NCBI GenBank assembly: GCA_028823055.1
Contig: JAPKCG010000001.1
Location: 1-47,025, forward strand
DNA length: 47,025 nucleotides
Origin: Sphingomonas bacterium
GTDB taxonomy: Bacteria; Pseudomonadota; Alphaproteobacteria; Sphingomonadales; Sphingomonadaceae
Reading direction: 5' to 3'
The position numbers and the translations under genes were made by a program. Numbering within the stretch: position 1 is the stretch's first letter; each line of letters starts with the position of its first letter. The notes under the pieces are model-generated. The model had not been told where the DNA came from, ran no database searches, and was given only the letters and a program-made list of their open reading frames with translations. Shown in pieces: positions 10,968-20,867 of the stretch.

Positions 10968-11384
10968 AGGCTTCTTCGATTATCGCAAGGAGCGGAAAAG
11001 TCAATGCGCGACAAGAGTAGGGGGCGTCATCCGCGATCGTGGGCAAACGTCCTTGCGAAGATTCAAACCCGTCTCCAGAGGGGATACGTCGTCAGCAGGC
11101 GCAACCCAACGGCAGGAGCGACCGCGATGTAACGCGAAGAACCTTATCTACAGCACCCGAACATCTCGCGTCGCCGCCACGAAACCGACTAGTGCGGCTG
11201 CAAGAAACGGCGTGTTCAGTGTGATCGCCAAGCCAAGCGCATCGGCGGCAGCTTCGGCAGAGCTCACCGGACTCGGCTTACCGAAGCCGACGAGCAATAT
11301 TATGCCATGATCGAACAAACGGCTATGGCTTCGTGACCCAAACCAAATGCCCCCGGCAAGACTCGCGTGCTTCAGAGGCAATGT

Positions 11385-11831
11385 ATGAATATTGGTGAAG
11401 CGGCCGCCGCTTCCGGCGTGTCAACCAAGATGATCCGCTACTATGAGCGGACGGGCTTGATCGAGCCGGCGGAACGGACCGCATCAGGCTATCGAGTTTA
11501 TACCAGCGGTGACGTTCATGACCTCCAGTTCATTCGTCGTTCCCGCGATCTCGGTTTTTCCGTAGCTCAGATCGAAAACCTGCTGGCGCTGTGGCGCGAT
11601 CGCGAGCGGGCAAGCGCGGACGTAAAGGCTTTGGCGCTCGAGCATGTCGCTCACCTCTGCGAAAAGGTGGCTGAGCTAGAAGCGATGATCGCCGCTCTCG
11701 AGCATCTTGCAAACAATTGCAGCGATGATGATCGACCCGATTGTCCCATTCTTCGTGATCTCGCTGAGGGCCGCCACGGCGACTGTGTTGCGCCAACTCA
11801 AAACCGTTTCGGCGTGGCCAGAATTAGCTGA
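11385..11831 (+). CDS. cueR: Cu(I)-responsive MerR-family regulator
   Basis: MNIGEAAAASGVSTKMIRYYE HTH; RASADVK; C-x7-C loop CSDDDRPDC. Confidence 0.92.
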   Translation: MNIGEAAAASGVSTKMIRYYERTGLIEPAERTASGYRVYTSGDVHDLQFIRRSRDLGFSVAQIENLLALWRDRERASADVKALALEHVAHLCEKVAELEAMIAALEHLANNCSDDDRPDCPILRDLAEGRHGDCVAPTQNRFGVARIS

Positions 11832-12338
11832 TCCCCAGTCATACGAGAGAGCGGCGAGCGCAGTCCCCCGCGGAAGTCGCCGTTCACTACGAACTCGCCG
11901 AGGTTTTTCTGGCGCGCATCAATCCCAAGAAACGAGGCCAGCTATAGCCTTCAAAGTAAGGTGAGAAAACTGAAAGTGCGGAATGCGCGGAGAATCGTCT
12001 CTCTCTAACTAAGTTTCTTGACCTCACGACCTGGCCACTCCCGTTCGCTGCCATTCAGGCGTGGTTTCGGATCCTGGGTTGGGCGAGAAATATTTTTCAA
12101 GCTTGTCAGGTTCGCCGTTGTGCAAGTCGGCATCGGCAGGGGTGCTGCCCTTTCTCGTGAGGTTCGGTCACTGCATTGAGTAGGTCGCGTTTAACTCGAG
12201 CCATGCATCAAGCCCCGGCTCCGAATCCGGCAGGATGAGCTCGGTCACCGTCATTGGAAACGCTCTGCGCCTTCGCGCCGTCAAGCTGGCTTGAAGCATC
12301 CGCAACGGTTCGCCTGAAAATTTTCTCGAGAGAGCCCC

Positions 12339-12369
12339 TTGACCTTCCAATAGTGTCAATCCCCATCTT
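12339..12369 (+). promoter_or_regulatory. CueR-type promoter
   Basis: TTGACC, 19-nt spacer, CATCTT; ACCTTCC half-site overlapping the -35. Confidence 0.75.
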
Positions 12370-12394
12370 GGTCGCGTGAGGTTAGAGGAAAGGG

Positions 12395-12691
12395 ATGTTT
12401 CGAATGACTGGATCGACTTCAACTGCCTTGGTTCCGGTTCGGGCGATGCCTGAGCCGGCCAAGCGGGACAGAGGTTGCGGCAGGAAGCGATCGGCCATAG
12501 CAGGTCGCACCAATTCGCTCATCCTGACGGCCGTTGCTCTCGCGTCAGGTGGATTAGCGCTCGGGTCGTCCGTGCTCGGCTTCGCAGCGATCCTGCCGCT
12601 TCTCTATACCCTGCCATGTCTCGTTATGTTGGCGATGTGCATGAAGAGAAACGGAAATGGAGGCGCGGCGAACAGCGACAGCGCTGAATAG
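12395..12691 (+). CDS. Small membrane protein with Cys/Met motif (DUF2933-like)
   Basis: Two hydrophobic segments, LPCLVMLAMCM; directly downstream of the CueR-type promoter; start may be 12404. Confidence 0.65.
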   Translation: MFRMTGSTSTALVPVRAMPEPAKRDRGCGRKRSAIAGRTNSLILTAVALASGGLALGSSVLGFAAILPLLYTLPCLVMLAMCMKRNGNGGAANSDSAE

Positions 12692-12773
12692 CCAGAGGCA
12701 GCCTGTCTGAGCTTCGCTTGGCAGCAGACTCACAAATTTCCTCGTTCAGTGACGTAACCCAAGGAGAATGAAG

Positions 12774-13055
12774 ATGAAGAAGAACCTGAAGATCATCGGT
12801 GCCGGCGCCCTCGCAGCGATTGGATTCGCCTCCGCCGCCGTCGCTCAGCAGAGCGATGCTCAACAGCCCGCCATGTCCGCTGAACAGCATCGCCAGATGA
12901 TGTCGAAGGACAACAAGGGCAATGGCCAGATGATGGGCATGATGATGAACGATCCCGAGATGCGAAAGCAGATGACTGAGATGATGGCCAATTGCAGTGG
13001 GATGATGAAGCATATGGGCAGTATGTCGAATATGGATATGAAACCCAAGAGCTAG
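12774..13055 (+). CDS. Met-rich periplasmic putative copper-binding protein
   Basis: RBS AAGGAG, signal peptide ending AVA, very Met-rich mature region (QMMGMMMNDPEMRKQMTEMMANCSGMMKHM). Confidence 0.8.
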   Translation: MKKNLKIIGAGALAAIGFASAAVAQQSDAQQPAMSAEQHRQMMSKDNKGNGQMMGMMMNDPEMRKQMTEMMANCSGMMKHMGSMSNMDMKPKS

Positions 13056-13075
13056 GCCCACTTGACTGCAACGCT

Positions 13076-13110
13076 GGGCGCTGCAGGCGGATGCCTGCGG
13101 TGCCTTTTTT
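13076..13110 (+). terminator. Intrinsic terminator
   Basis: GGGCGCTGCAGGC-GGAT-GCCTGCGGTGCCT followed by a T tract. Confidence 0.8.
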
Positions 13111-13129
13111 CGCGCGCGGTGCTGCTCGA

Positions 13130-13262
13130 TCAGAAAGTAGAATTTTCGTCATCGATCGGATTGTTAGGGATAGGCACTGCTTTGAGCTGACGTCTGACAA
13201 ACCAGATTGACAGCGGAGGGAGGAGTATCCATTGCAACAGCGGCGTCAGTCCTACACCTACG
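13130..13262 (-). pseudogene. 3' remnant of a membrane-protein gene cut by the transposon left end
   Basis: VGVGLTPLLQWILLPPLSIWFVRRQ begins exactly at the transposon boundary. Confidence 0.55.
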
Positions 13263-13428
13263 TGTGGCGGCCTGCAATGATCATCGGCTCGACGCGAGAT
13301 GATAGCGTCAATCCGGCGCACGCTCGGTGAGAATGTGGACCTGCTCGGGCGCGCGCTATCCGAGAACGAGCGCACGCCCGATGAGACGGACGCGAGACGT
13401 TAACGACGCGGCGCACGCTTCGTGAGAC
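13263..13428 (+). repeat. Transposon left end: TIR plus four 17-bp putative transposase-binding repeats
   Basis: TIR 13263-13305; CGCRCGC-N5-GAGA repeats at 13317, 13350, 13371, 13412. Confidence 0.85.
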
Positions 13429-13536
13429 TCTGAGATATGTTGCCCGCGCGACTGTCCCGATTGGATCGAGTTTTGGGAAAAGTCGCCTTGTCCGATTCCC
13501 TGATCAGCGCCATGCTGACCCGTCTTCGCAAGAGAA

Positions 13537-14085
13537 GTGCGGATGCCCATGGTTGATTACCGCATCGCAACGACTGAAGATGCGGCAGCGATCGGCGCGC
13601 TGCACGTAATGTCATGGCATGAAACCTATTCTGGGCTACTGCCTCAAGACATGCTGACCGATCTGTCGGCTGACGGCCGGGCGGCGATGTGGGCTACGGT
13701 TCTCAACGCCCCTTCCAGCCCGGATGGAACACGGGCCTATGTCGCGGAGAGCGCGGGCGAGATAATCGGTTTCGGGGCGTGTGGCGGTCAGCGTGACGAT
13801 ACGATGCGCGAGCGCGGCTTCGCCGGTGAGTTCGGGGCGATCTACATCCTACGCTCGCAACAAGGTGCTGGCGTGGGTCGCGCTCTCATGAACCTCATGG
13901 CACGCGATCTGGTCGCCCGGTCGATGCCAAGCGCGAGCCTTTGGGTGCTGCGCGAGAATGTGAGAGCGCGAGGCTTCTATGAGAGGTTGGGCGGCACAAT
14001 CATCGTCGAAAAGGAAGTCGCGGAAGGCGGTACGACCTTGCACGAGGTAGCGTATGGCTGGCTAGACCTCGCGCACTTGATCTGA
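13537..14085 (+). CDS. GNAT-family N-acetyltransferase
   Basis: QQGAGVGRALM acetyl-CoA motif, LWVLRENVRARGFYERLGG; start may be 13549. Confidence 0.9.
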   Translation: MRMPMVDYRIATTEDAAAIGALHVMSWHETYSGLLPQDMLTDLSADGRAAMWATVLNAPSSPDGTRAYVAESAGEIIGFGACGGQRDDTMRERGFAGEFGAIYILRSQQGAGVGRALMNLMARDLVARSMPSASLWVLRENVRARGFYERLGGTIIVEKEVAEGGTTLHEVAYGWLDLAHLI

Positions 14086-14129
14086 CTGAAACACCTTTCC
14101 CGATGCAGAGCAACGGCCAAACAGCCCGT

Positions 14130-14531
14130 CTAGTCGATCCGAGCTCGCGCAAAGTGCTGAACGGCTGTCGGTATCTCTACCCATGAGTGGCGAGTTTCTT
14201 CCCACACCGATCGGATGGGCTGCATTGTGTGGTCATCGTCGAATAGACCGATCGGCACCCCGGTCATGGTAGGGTTCTTCGTCCCGCGCATGTATACGGT
14301 AGTGCCGCAATCCGGGCAGAAGAACTGGCTAAACACTCCGCCAAGGTCGGTGGGCCGATCGAATTGCCTTGCCTCGCCCTCGATCAAAACCTCCGCGTGC
14401 GGCCAGTAGGCGGCTTCACCGAATGGTGACCCGGAACGCTTCTGACAGGCCAAGCAATGGCAGGCGACGACAGCCATCGTAGGGCCTGGGACTTCGGCCC
14501 TGAGCTGTCCGCACTGGCACGATGCTTTCAT
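14130..14531 (-). CDS. GFA (CENP-V)-family protein
   Basis: CQCG, CHCLACQK and FCPDCGT Zn motifs. Confidence 0.9.
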   Translation of the reverse strand: MKASCQCGQLRAEVPGPTMAVVACHCLACQKRSGSPFGEAAYWPHAEVLIEGEARQFDRPTDLGGVFSQFFCPDCGTTVYMRGTKNPTMTGVPIGLFDDDHTMQPIRSVWEETRHSWVEIPTAVQHFARARID

Positions 14532-14787
14532 GATTCAGCCATAACACAAGATGGAACGACTGAAAGTGGGTCGTAAGCGGACATGCCGCCTTTCCCGAAA
14601 CTGCTCGTTGCAAATGGGGAAACGGGACGCTCGCAACTTCCCCCGATCGCAAGGAAAACGCTCGGTTTCCTTGCGGTCGCGACCGGCCACCCAATCGAGG
14701 CCGTTTAGAATAAGAAAAGCCGTTGCGGAAACCAGCGCCAAGATGCAGGGTACCAGGCGTCTTTCCTTGCGAGCGAACCGACCTCCC

Positions 14788-15450
14788 ATGTTGATCGGCT
14801 ATGTCCGCGTCTCGAAAGCCGATGGCACCCAGACCCTGGAGCCGCAGCGCGACGCGTTGCTCGCGGCCGGCATCGACCCAAGCCGCATCTATCAGGATCT
14901 CGCATCCGGGCGCCACGATGCCCGCCCCGGGCTGATCGCCTGCCTCAAGGCGCTCCAGCCCGGCAACACGCTCGTGATCTGGAAGCTCGATCGGCTCGGC
15001 CGTGATCTCCGCCATCTCGTCATCACCGCGGAGGACCTGCGCTCGCGTGGGATCGGCCTGAAGGTGCTGACAGGTGCCGGCGCGCAGATCGACACGACGA
15101 CCGCCAACGGCCGGCTCGCGTTCGGCATCTTCGCCGCGTTCGCCGAGTTCGAGCGCGAGTTAATCACCGAGCGCACACGCGCTGGGCTGGCGGCCGCGCG
15201 CGCCAGGGGGCGGATGGGCGGCCGGCCTCGCAAGATGGATCGCCCCACACTGCAGATGGCGATGGCCGCGCTGAGCGACCGCAACGCGGTCGCGGCCGAG
15301 GTGGCGAAGCGGCTCGGCATGACCACGACGACGCTATACTACTATGTCAACGGCGACGGCACGCCCAAGGCGCCCGGCCAAGCGATCCTCGACGGGAAGC
15401 CGGCACCCAAGACTCCGGCACGAGCGCGCGAAGAGCGGCAAGCGGCGTGA
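14788..15450 (+). CDS. Serine resolvase/invertase
   Basis: MLIGYVRVS, KLDRLGR, AEFERELITERT, C-terminal HTH; true start at 14788. Confidence 0.93.
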   Translation: MLIGYVRVSKADGTQTLEPQRDALLAAGIDPSRIYQDLASGRHDARPGLIACLKALQPGNTLVIWKLDRLGRDLRHLVITAEDLRSRGIGLKVLTGAGAQIDTTTANGRLAFGIFAAFAEFERELITERTRAGLAAARARGRMGGRPRKMDRPTLQMAMAALSDRNAVAAEVAKRLGMTTTTLYYYVNGDGTPKAPGQAILDGKPAPKTPARAREERQAA

Positions 15451-17114
15451 GCGCAGGCCGGACGCCCGTTCCGGCCGAGGCGCTCGCGACCCTGAGACGC
15501 CGACTGGCGGCGCTGCCGCCCCGACATCCCGACCGCAAGGAGATGATGGCGTCGACGTGCCGGCTATATGCCGTGTCGCGTGCCACATTGTACCGAGCGC
15601 TGCGCGGCGATCACCGCCCGCGCGACGCGCACCGCGCCGATCGCGGGCACGCGCGCGTCATGCGCGACGGCGAGGTGGAGCGCTGGTGCGAGATCGTCGC
15701 CGCGGTGAAGAAGAGCACCACCAACCGAAAGGGCCGCCACCTCTCGACCGCGAGGGCGCTGAAGCTGGTCGAGGAGCACGGGGTTCACACGCCCGAAGGT
15801 CACCGCAAGCTCGCGCACGGGCTGCTCACCATCTCGACGCTAAACCGGCATATGCGCCGGCTCGGCTACGATCACGCCCGCATGACGCGCGAGCCGGCAG
15901 CCGTCCGCTTCCAGGCGGAGCGCGCGAACGACCTGTGGCACTTCGACCTGAGCCCGTCGGACCTGAAGCAGCTCGCCGTACCCCCGCCTTGGGTGGACTT
16001 GGAGCGAGGAGGCGCTCCGACACTCATGCTGTTCTCGGTCGTCGATGACCGCTCGGGGCTGGCCTACCTCGAATATCACTGCGTGTACGGCGAGGACGTG
16101 GAGGCGGCGCTCGGGTTCCTATTCCGGGCGATGTCGGCGAAGTCGGACGGAACCACCAACCCGCTCCAGGGCATTCCCAAGCGGCTGTACCTCGACAACG
16201 GCCCGGTCGCGAAGTCGGCCGTGTTCCAGCGCGTGATGGAGAGCCTCGACATCGACGCGACGCCACACATGCCGGCCGGGTCCGACGGCGCGCGCACGAC
16301 CGCGCGCGCCAAGGGCAAGGTCGAGCGGCCGTTCCGGACGGTGAAGGAAGCGCACGAGACGCTGTACCACCATCATCAGCCCGACACCGAAGCCGAGGCG
16401 AACCGCTGGCTCGTCCGCTTCGTCGACCGCGAGAATGGGCGCGATCACCGACACGAGCCGCACTCTCGGATCGAGGACTGGCTGGAGAACCAGCCCGAGG
16501 GCGGGGTGCGCGCCATGTGCGAATGGGAGCGGTTCTGCTCGTTCGCGCGCGAGCCGGAGAGGCGCACGGTCGGGCTGGATGCGCGCGTGTCGGTCGCGGG
16601 CGTCACCTACGAGCTCGACCCCGAACTCGCCGGTGAGACCGTCGTGCTCTGGTGGGGGCTGTTCGACGCCGAGCTGTTCGCCGAGCTTGGCGATGACCGA
16701 TACGGGCCCTTCGATCCGGTTGGTGGACCCGTGCCGCTTCATCGATACCGCAAGCACCGGAAGACCCGCCGCGACGTTCGCCAGGACCGCGTCACCGAGC
16801 TCGCGACCCGCATCACCATCCCGCGCTCGGCCCTGTCCGGCGAGCCCGACCTGGTCGCGCGCGAGCCGCAGCGCGCCGCGGTCATCACGCGGCCGTTCGC
16901 CGGTCCCGACCGGTTCGAGGAGCTAGCGTTCACGACGCCACTGAAGGCGCGCGCGGCTATCGCGGACGAGCTGCGGGTGCCGCTCGGCAAGCTCGCCGCG
17001 GAGGACCTCGACTTCATCGCCGACCTGCTCGCGCGCACGCTGGTGCGCACGGAGGTCATGGCAGCCATCCGCGAACGGTTCCCGCCCGGCCGTGCCCATG
17101 CCCATGCGGGATGA
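15447..17114 (+). CDS. DDE (rve/Mu/IS481-like) transposase
   Basis: WHFDLS, VDDRSG, LYLDNG, AKGKVERPF. Confidence 0.9.
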   Translation: MSAGRTPVPAEALATLRRRLAALPPRHPDRKEMMASTCRLYAVSRATLYRALRGDHRPRDAHRADRGHARVMRDGEVERWCEIVAAVKKSTTNRKGRHLSTARALKLVEEHGVHTPEGHRKLAHGLLTISTLNRHMRRLGYDHARMTREPAAVRFQAERANDLWHFDLSPSDLKQLAVPPPWVDLERGGAPTLMLFSVVDDRSGLAYLEYHCVYGEDVEAALGFLFRAMSAKSDGTTNPLQGIPKRLYLDNGPVAKSAVFQRVMESLDIDATPHMPAGSDGARTTARAKGKVERPFRTVKEAHETLYHHHQPDTEAEANRWLVRFVDRENGRDHRHEPHSRIEDWLENQPEGGVRAMCEWERFCSFAREPERRTVGLDARVSVAGVTYELDPELAGETVVLWWGLFDAELFAELGDDRYGPFDPVGGPVPLHRYRKHRKTRRDVRQDRVTELATRITIPRSALSGEPDLVAREPQRAAVITRPFAGPDRFEELAFTTPLKARAAIADELRVPLGKLAAEDLDFIADLLARTLVRTEVMAAIRERFPPGRAHAHAG

Positions 17115-17126
17115 GGAGCCTGCCCC

Positions 17127-18097
17127 ATGCTGACCGAAGTGATGCGCCACTACCGGCTCGCCCGGCCGCCCGTCGACGTCGGCTTTTACGAGACCGAGCA
17201 TCACAAGCAGATCGTCCACGATCTGCGCGCGACGATCATGGCGGGCCGCCTGATCGCGCTCACCGCCGTGATCGGGTCGGGCAAGTCGCTTCTCGTGCGC
17301 CGCCTGCGCGAGGCCCTCGAGCGCGAGAACCGCGTCATCGTGTCGCGCGCGCTCAGCTTGGAGAAAGCCAAGATCACCGTGCCGCTGCTCGTGTCCGCGC
17401 TGTTCTACGATCTCAGCCCGGACAAGCTGCCCACCATCTCGCGCCAAGCCGAGCGCCGCGAGCGCGACCTCCAGGAGCTGTTCCGCAAGGCCAAGAAGCC
17501 GGTAGCACTCTTCGTTGACGACGCGCACGACCTCCACGCCAACACCTTGAAGGCGCTTAAGCGCCTGGTCGAGCTCGTCCAGGAGGGTGGCGGCCAGCTC
17601 TCGGTTGTCATGCTGGGCTACCCGCGCCTGAAGAATGACCTGCGCCGCCCCACCATGGAGGAGGTGGGTGATCGCACGACCCTGTTCGAGTTCGGAGGCC
17701 TGCGCGACCGTCAGCGCGACTTCATCGACTGGGTGCTCCGTGCTTCGCTCGAGGAGGGCGTCGAGCCCGAGGAAGTGATCACCGACGATGCGGCGACGCT
17801 GCTCGCCGCCCGTCTCAAGACGCCGCTCCAGCTCAGCCGCTACCTCGTCCGCGCGTTGAGGCTGGATTCGGGATTGGCGCCAAGCCGATCGACGGGACCA
17901 TCGTCGATGGCGTGCTGTCTCGCCGCCTCGACGACATCGAGCCCGAGCTCAACCGACACGGCTACGACGTGAAGGCGCTGTGCGACCAGTTCGATGCCAA
18001 GCCCGCCGAGATTCGGAAGCTAATGCGCGGCGAACTGGAAGGTGCTCGCGCGACCGAACTGACCGATGAAATGCGTGTCGCCGGATTGCCCATCTAA
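17127..18097 (+). pseudogene. ExeA/TniB-like AAA ATPase with a 1-bp frameshift near 17857
   Basis: Walker A IGSGKS, Walker B LFVDDAH; restoring one base at GCGTT^GAG joins it to EAGFGIGAKPIDG...VAGLPI* (18097). Confidence 0.85.
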
Positions 18098-18099
18098 AC

Positions 18100-18265
18100 G
18101 TCTCACCTAATGCGCGGCGGACGATCCCCTTCTCGCGTCCGTCTCACACAGAGCGCGCTCGTTCTCAAGCAGCGTGGCTTCAGACCAACCTACAATCTCA
18201 CGGAGCGTGCGTCAGAACGAGCCTATGATCTCGCGCCGAGCCGATCATCATTGCAGGCCGTCACA
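18100..18265 (-). repeat. Transposon right end: TIR plus four 17-bp repeats
   Basis: TIR 18223-18265; repeats at 18100, 18141, 18162, 18195 mirror the left end. Confidence 0.85.
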
Positions 18266-18563
18266 GATAGGGTGCAACTAAAACCTTCATTTCATCCCAG
18301 GGCGCCGATAGCCAGCGATCGTAGTCGTCGTCGTGAAGAACGACCGGCATTGCCTTGGGGTGGATCGGCGCCACAATCGCGTTCGGCTCAGTCGTCAGGA
18401 AGCCATACGCATTACCGCGCTCGGTGGGGCGCCAAATCCCTGCGAACGCAAAGACCGGGCGACTGGGGACGTCAAACCAGTACAGCGGCTTTTTCCCATC
18501 TTCGCCCGGTGCAATCCCGTATTCAGAAAAAGCGGTGACCGGAACGAGACAGCGCCGCGCTGG
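18266..18563 (-). pseudogene. SRAP (YedK/DUF159) fragment
   Basis: RRCLVPVTAFSEY...VFAFAGIWR...FLTTEPNAIVAPIHPKAMPVVL...DRWL; 5' half absent, 3' end cut by the transposon. Confidence 0.85.
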
Positions 18564-18687
18564 CTAAGGTCTCCATTGTGTTAATACTTGAAGGCACGAA
18601 CTTTCAAATCGAGCACGAGTGACGGCTTGTCGGCGCCTGGCCTGCGCGCAAAGGCGGACCAGACAGACGCTAAAAACTCGTCATGTA

Positions 18688-18715
18688 TTTTCCGATAACT
18701 GTAATTCTCGGAAAA
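18688..18715. other. Putative tyrosine-recombinase core site (11-6-11)
   Basis: TTTTCCGATAA-CTGTAA-TTCTCGGAAAA, arms inverted with 1 mismatch, 40 bp upstream of the recombinase gene. Confidence 0.7.
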
Positions 18716-18755
18716 ACATTCTGGTCAGGGAAGGGGGTGTTCGGTACGGTCCGAC

Positions 18756-19868
18756 ATGGCCCGACCAACCCAATTGCGCGCGCAGCGAACATCGACGCCC
18801 CGGGTCGCGGACGCGTCGATCGCTGAGGCTGTCGGTCACGACTATCCGCCAACCGACGCAGGCGAGATCGGCGACGCCGAACCGACGAGCCAAGCACTCG
18901 CAATCGTCGAATATCTCTCGCCAGCGCTACCGGGCCTAACGCTCGACGATATCGACGCTGTTGAACGCTATGTTGGCAAGGCGTCGGCCGACGCCACCAA
19001 ACGCGCCTATACATCAGACTGGCGGATCTTTGTCGCCTGGTGTGACCAACGTGCAATGCCGTCACTCCCCGCGGCACCGGCAGCGGTCGCCGCATTCCTG
19101 GCGCAAGAAGCCGATCGCGGGGTCGCGCGGTCGACAATTGGACGGCGGCTGGCGGCGATCGTGTTCGCGCACCGCGCTGCGGGATTGATCGCGCCGACCG
19201 AGCAGGTCGGCGCTGCGGTTCTCGAACGGGCGCTGCGCGGCATCCGGCGCGACAAGCGCACGCAGCGTCCCACCAAAAAGCATGCGGCGGATGGTGACAT
19301 CCTGCGCGACATGCTGCGCGCGATCGTCGGCGACGACATCCGCTCATCTCGCGACCGCGCGCTGCTCGCGGTCGGCATGGGCGGCGCGTTCCGCCGCTCC
19401 GAGCTGGTCGCGCTGCAGCTTGCCGACATCAAGCAGGTGCCTGCAGGGCTAGAGATCCTCGTCCCGTTCTCGAAAGGCGACCAGCTGGGCCAGGGCGAGC
19501 TGGTCGTCATACCCGACCGGCCGCGGATCGCCGCGGTGGCGCTGTTGCGGGCGTGGATCGATACGGCAGCGATCACCGAAGGACCGTTGTTCCGCAAGCT
19601 CACGCCGCAAGGCCGGCTGACCGCAAAGCCGATGAGCGACCGCGGCGTGGCGCTGATCGTCAAGGCGCGTGCGGCCGCGGCGGGCTACGATCCGTCGCTA
19701 TTCTCCGGGCATTCGCTACGCGCGGGGTTTCTGACCGAAGCCGGGCGGCAGGGTGCCAACCCGTTTCGCATGAAAGAGCATAGCCGCCACAAGTCGCTCG
19801 AGATGGTCGGCGAATATGTCCGCAACCACGAGCTGTTCCGCGATCACGCCGGCGACAAGTTCTTATAA
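18756..19868 (+). CDS. Cre-like tyrosine recombinase with SAM-like N-terminal domain
   Basis: Catalytic set FRRSEL, SKGDQ, GHSLRAG, SRHKS, EYVR. Confidence 0.93.
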   Translation: MARPTQLRAQRTSTPRVADASIAEAVGHDYPPTDAGEIGDAEPTSQALAIVEYLSPALPGLTLDDIDAVERYVGKASADATKRAYTSDWRIFVAWCDQRAMPSLPAAPAAVAAFLAQEADRGVARSTIGRRLAAIVFAHRAAGLIAPTEQVGAAVLERALRGIRRDKRTQRPTKKHAADGDILRDMLRAIVGDDIRSSRDRALLAVGMGGAFRRSELVALQLADIKQVPAGLEILVPFSKGDQLGQGELVVIPDRPRIAAVALLRAWIDTAAITEGPLFRKLTPQGRLTAKPMSDRGVALIVKARAAAAGYDPSLFSGHSLRAGFLTEAGRQGANPFRMKEHSRHKSLEMVGEYVRNHELFRDHAGDKFL

Positions 19869-20010
19869 GTTCACCGGCTATCGCGCAGTCATCTAATCTT
19901 TGATATTACCCTATTGATCGAGCAACCTCGCATGAGCGCCTCAACGCGCGTTCAAAGGAAATAGCGGGCACGACAGGCACCATGCGATTTCGCTGCCGCC
20001 TATAATCGAG

Positions 20011-20170
20011 GCTATCGCGTCGCTCCTCTTACTTGCCCTTCTGGGGGCAATTGGCGCGCGCGCGGGAGGCGCTCCCATTTTTGACAGCGACAGTACGTGT
20101 CACGTTTTGGGGAGCGCTGGCGATGGCTCTGACCGCAGCGATCGGCCACATCGTGGCTAGAGCCGTCTAA
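20011..20170 (+). pseudogene. 3' remnant of a VIT1/CCC1-family transporter
   Basis: SLLLLALLGAIGARAGGAPI / TATVRVTFWGALAMALTAAIGHIV*, with a +1 frameshift in a T run. Confidence 0.7.
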
Positions 20171-20270
20171 CGTATCGTGCTTCGATGCCCCGCGAAGACA
20201 TCGAGCCATTCTGTGCTGAAAACAAGCATTCTCGGGCACAGGGTCTGACTGACGACTCCGTCTGCTACGG

Positions 20271-20867
20271 TTAGGGCGCGGCTCGATGTTCCTCCCGCGC
20301 GGCTTCCCACACTTCCCGCGCAGCGTCTGCGTTCAACAGCGCGATAGCGAGTCCGACGATCAGATCGGGCCAAGCCGAGCGCCAGAGTAGAGCCGTCGCG
20401 ATACCTGCCGTGATAATCGCGACATTGGCGAGCGCATCATTTCGCGCGGATAGAAATGCCCCGCGGGTCAGGCTTCCGCCATGATGGCGGAACCGAGCGA
20501 GCATGAAGGCGCAGGTCAGGTTGACGGCGAGCGCGCCCAAGCCGGCGAGCGTAAGCGGCACCGGATTAGGCGCGACGGGCACGTTGAACTTCGCCCAGGC
20601 GGTCCACAGCGTCGCCAGCCCCGGCGCGAGCAGGATCAGCGCCAAGACCATGCCCAGGCGTGCGCGGCTGCGTATCGACCAGCCAAGGGCGGCCAGGATC
20701 AGGAGATTGACCGAGGCGTCTTCGAGAAAATCAACGGAGTCGGCGAACAGGGACACCGACCCGATCGTTGTGGCGACAGCGAACTCGACGCCGAAGTAAG
20801 CGAGATTGAGGAAGGCGACCGTGCCGACGACAGGGCGAAGTTTGGCGTTCACCGGGTTTCCGATCAC
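20271..20867 (-). CDS. Short CDF-family cation transporter
   Basis: SLFADSVDFLED, LSARNDALAN, WPDLIVG; GTG start overlaps the nreA stop (GTGA). Confidence 0.88.
   Translation of the reverse strand: MIGNPVNAKLRPVVGTVAFLNLAYFGVEFAVATTIGSVSLFADSVDFLEDASVNLLILAALGWSIRSRARLGMVLALILLAPGLATLWTAWAKFNVPVAPNPVPLTLAGLGALAVNLTCAFMLARFRHHGGSLTRGAFLSARNDALANVAIITAGIATALLWRSAWPDLIVGLAIALLNADAAREVWEAAREEHRAAP

Larger units (their letters stand above)
13263..18265 (+). mobile_element. Tn552/Tn5053-like DDE transposon (resolvase, transposase, ATPase) carrying GNAT and GFA cargo
   Basis: TGT...ACA ends, 43-bp terminal IRs 39/43 identical, symmetric internal repeats; no target-site duplication (flanks CTACG / GATAG). 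Confidence 0.88.

Noticed and set aside
11148-11381. Hydrophobic 77-aa ORF divergent from cueR
   Set aside because: No RBS or recognisable family; possibly debris.
11832-12330. 500-bp gap after cueR
   Set aside because: No convincing ORF, repeat or RNA structure found by eye.
13317-13428. Short spaced repeats resembling a mini CRISPR array or iterons
   Set aside because: Degenerate, irregularly spaced, no cas or rep gene; mirrored at 18100-18211, so they are transposon-end repeats.
14551-14787. 79-aa N-terminal extension of the resolvase
   Set aside because: The family N-terminus MLIGYVRVS starts at 14788; the upstream stretch probably holds promoter/res sequences I could not delimit.
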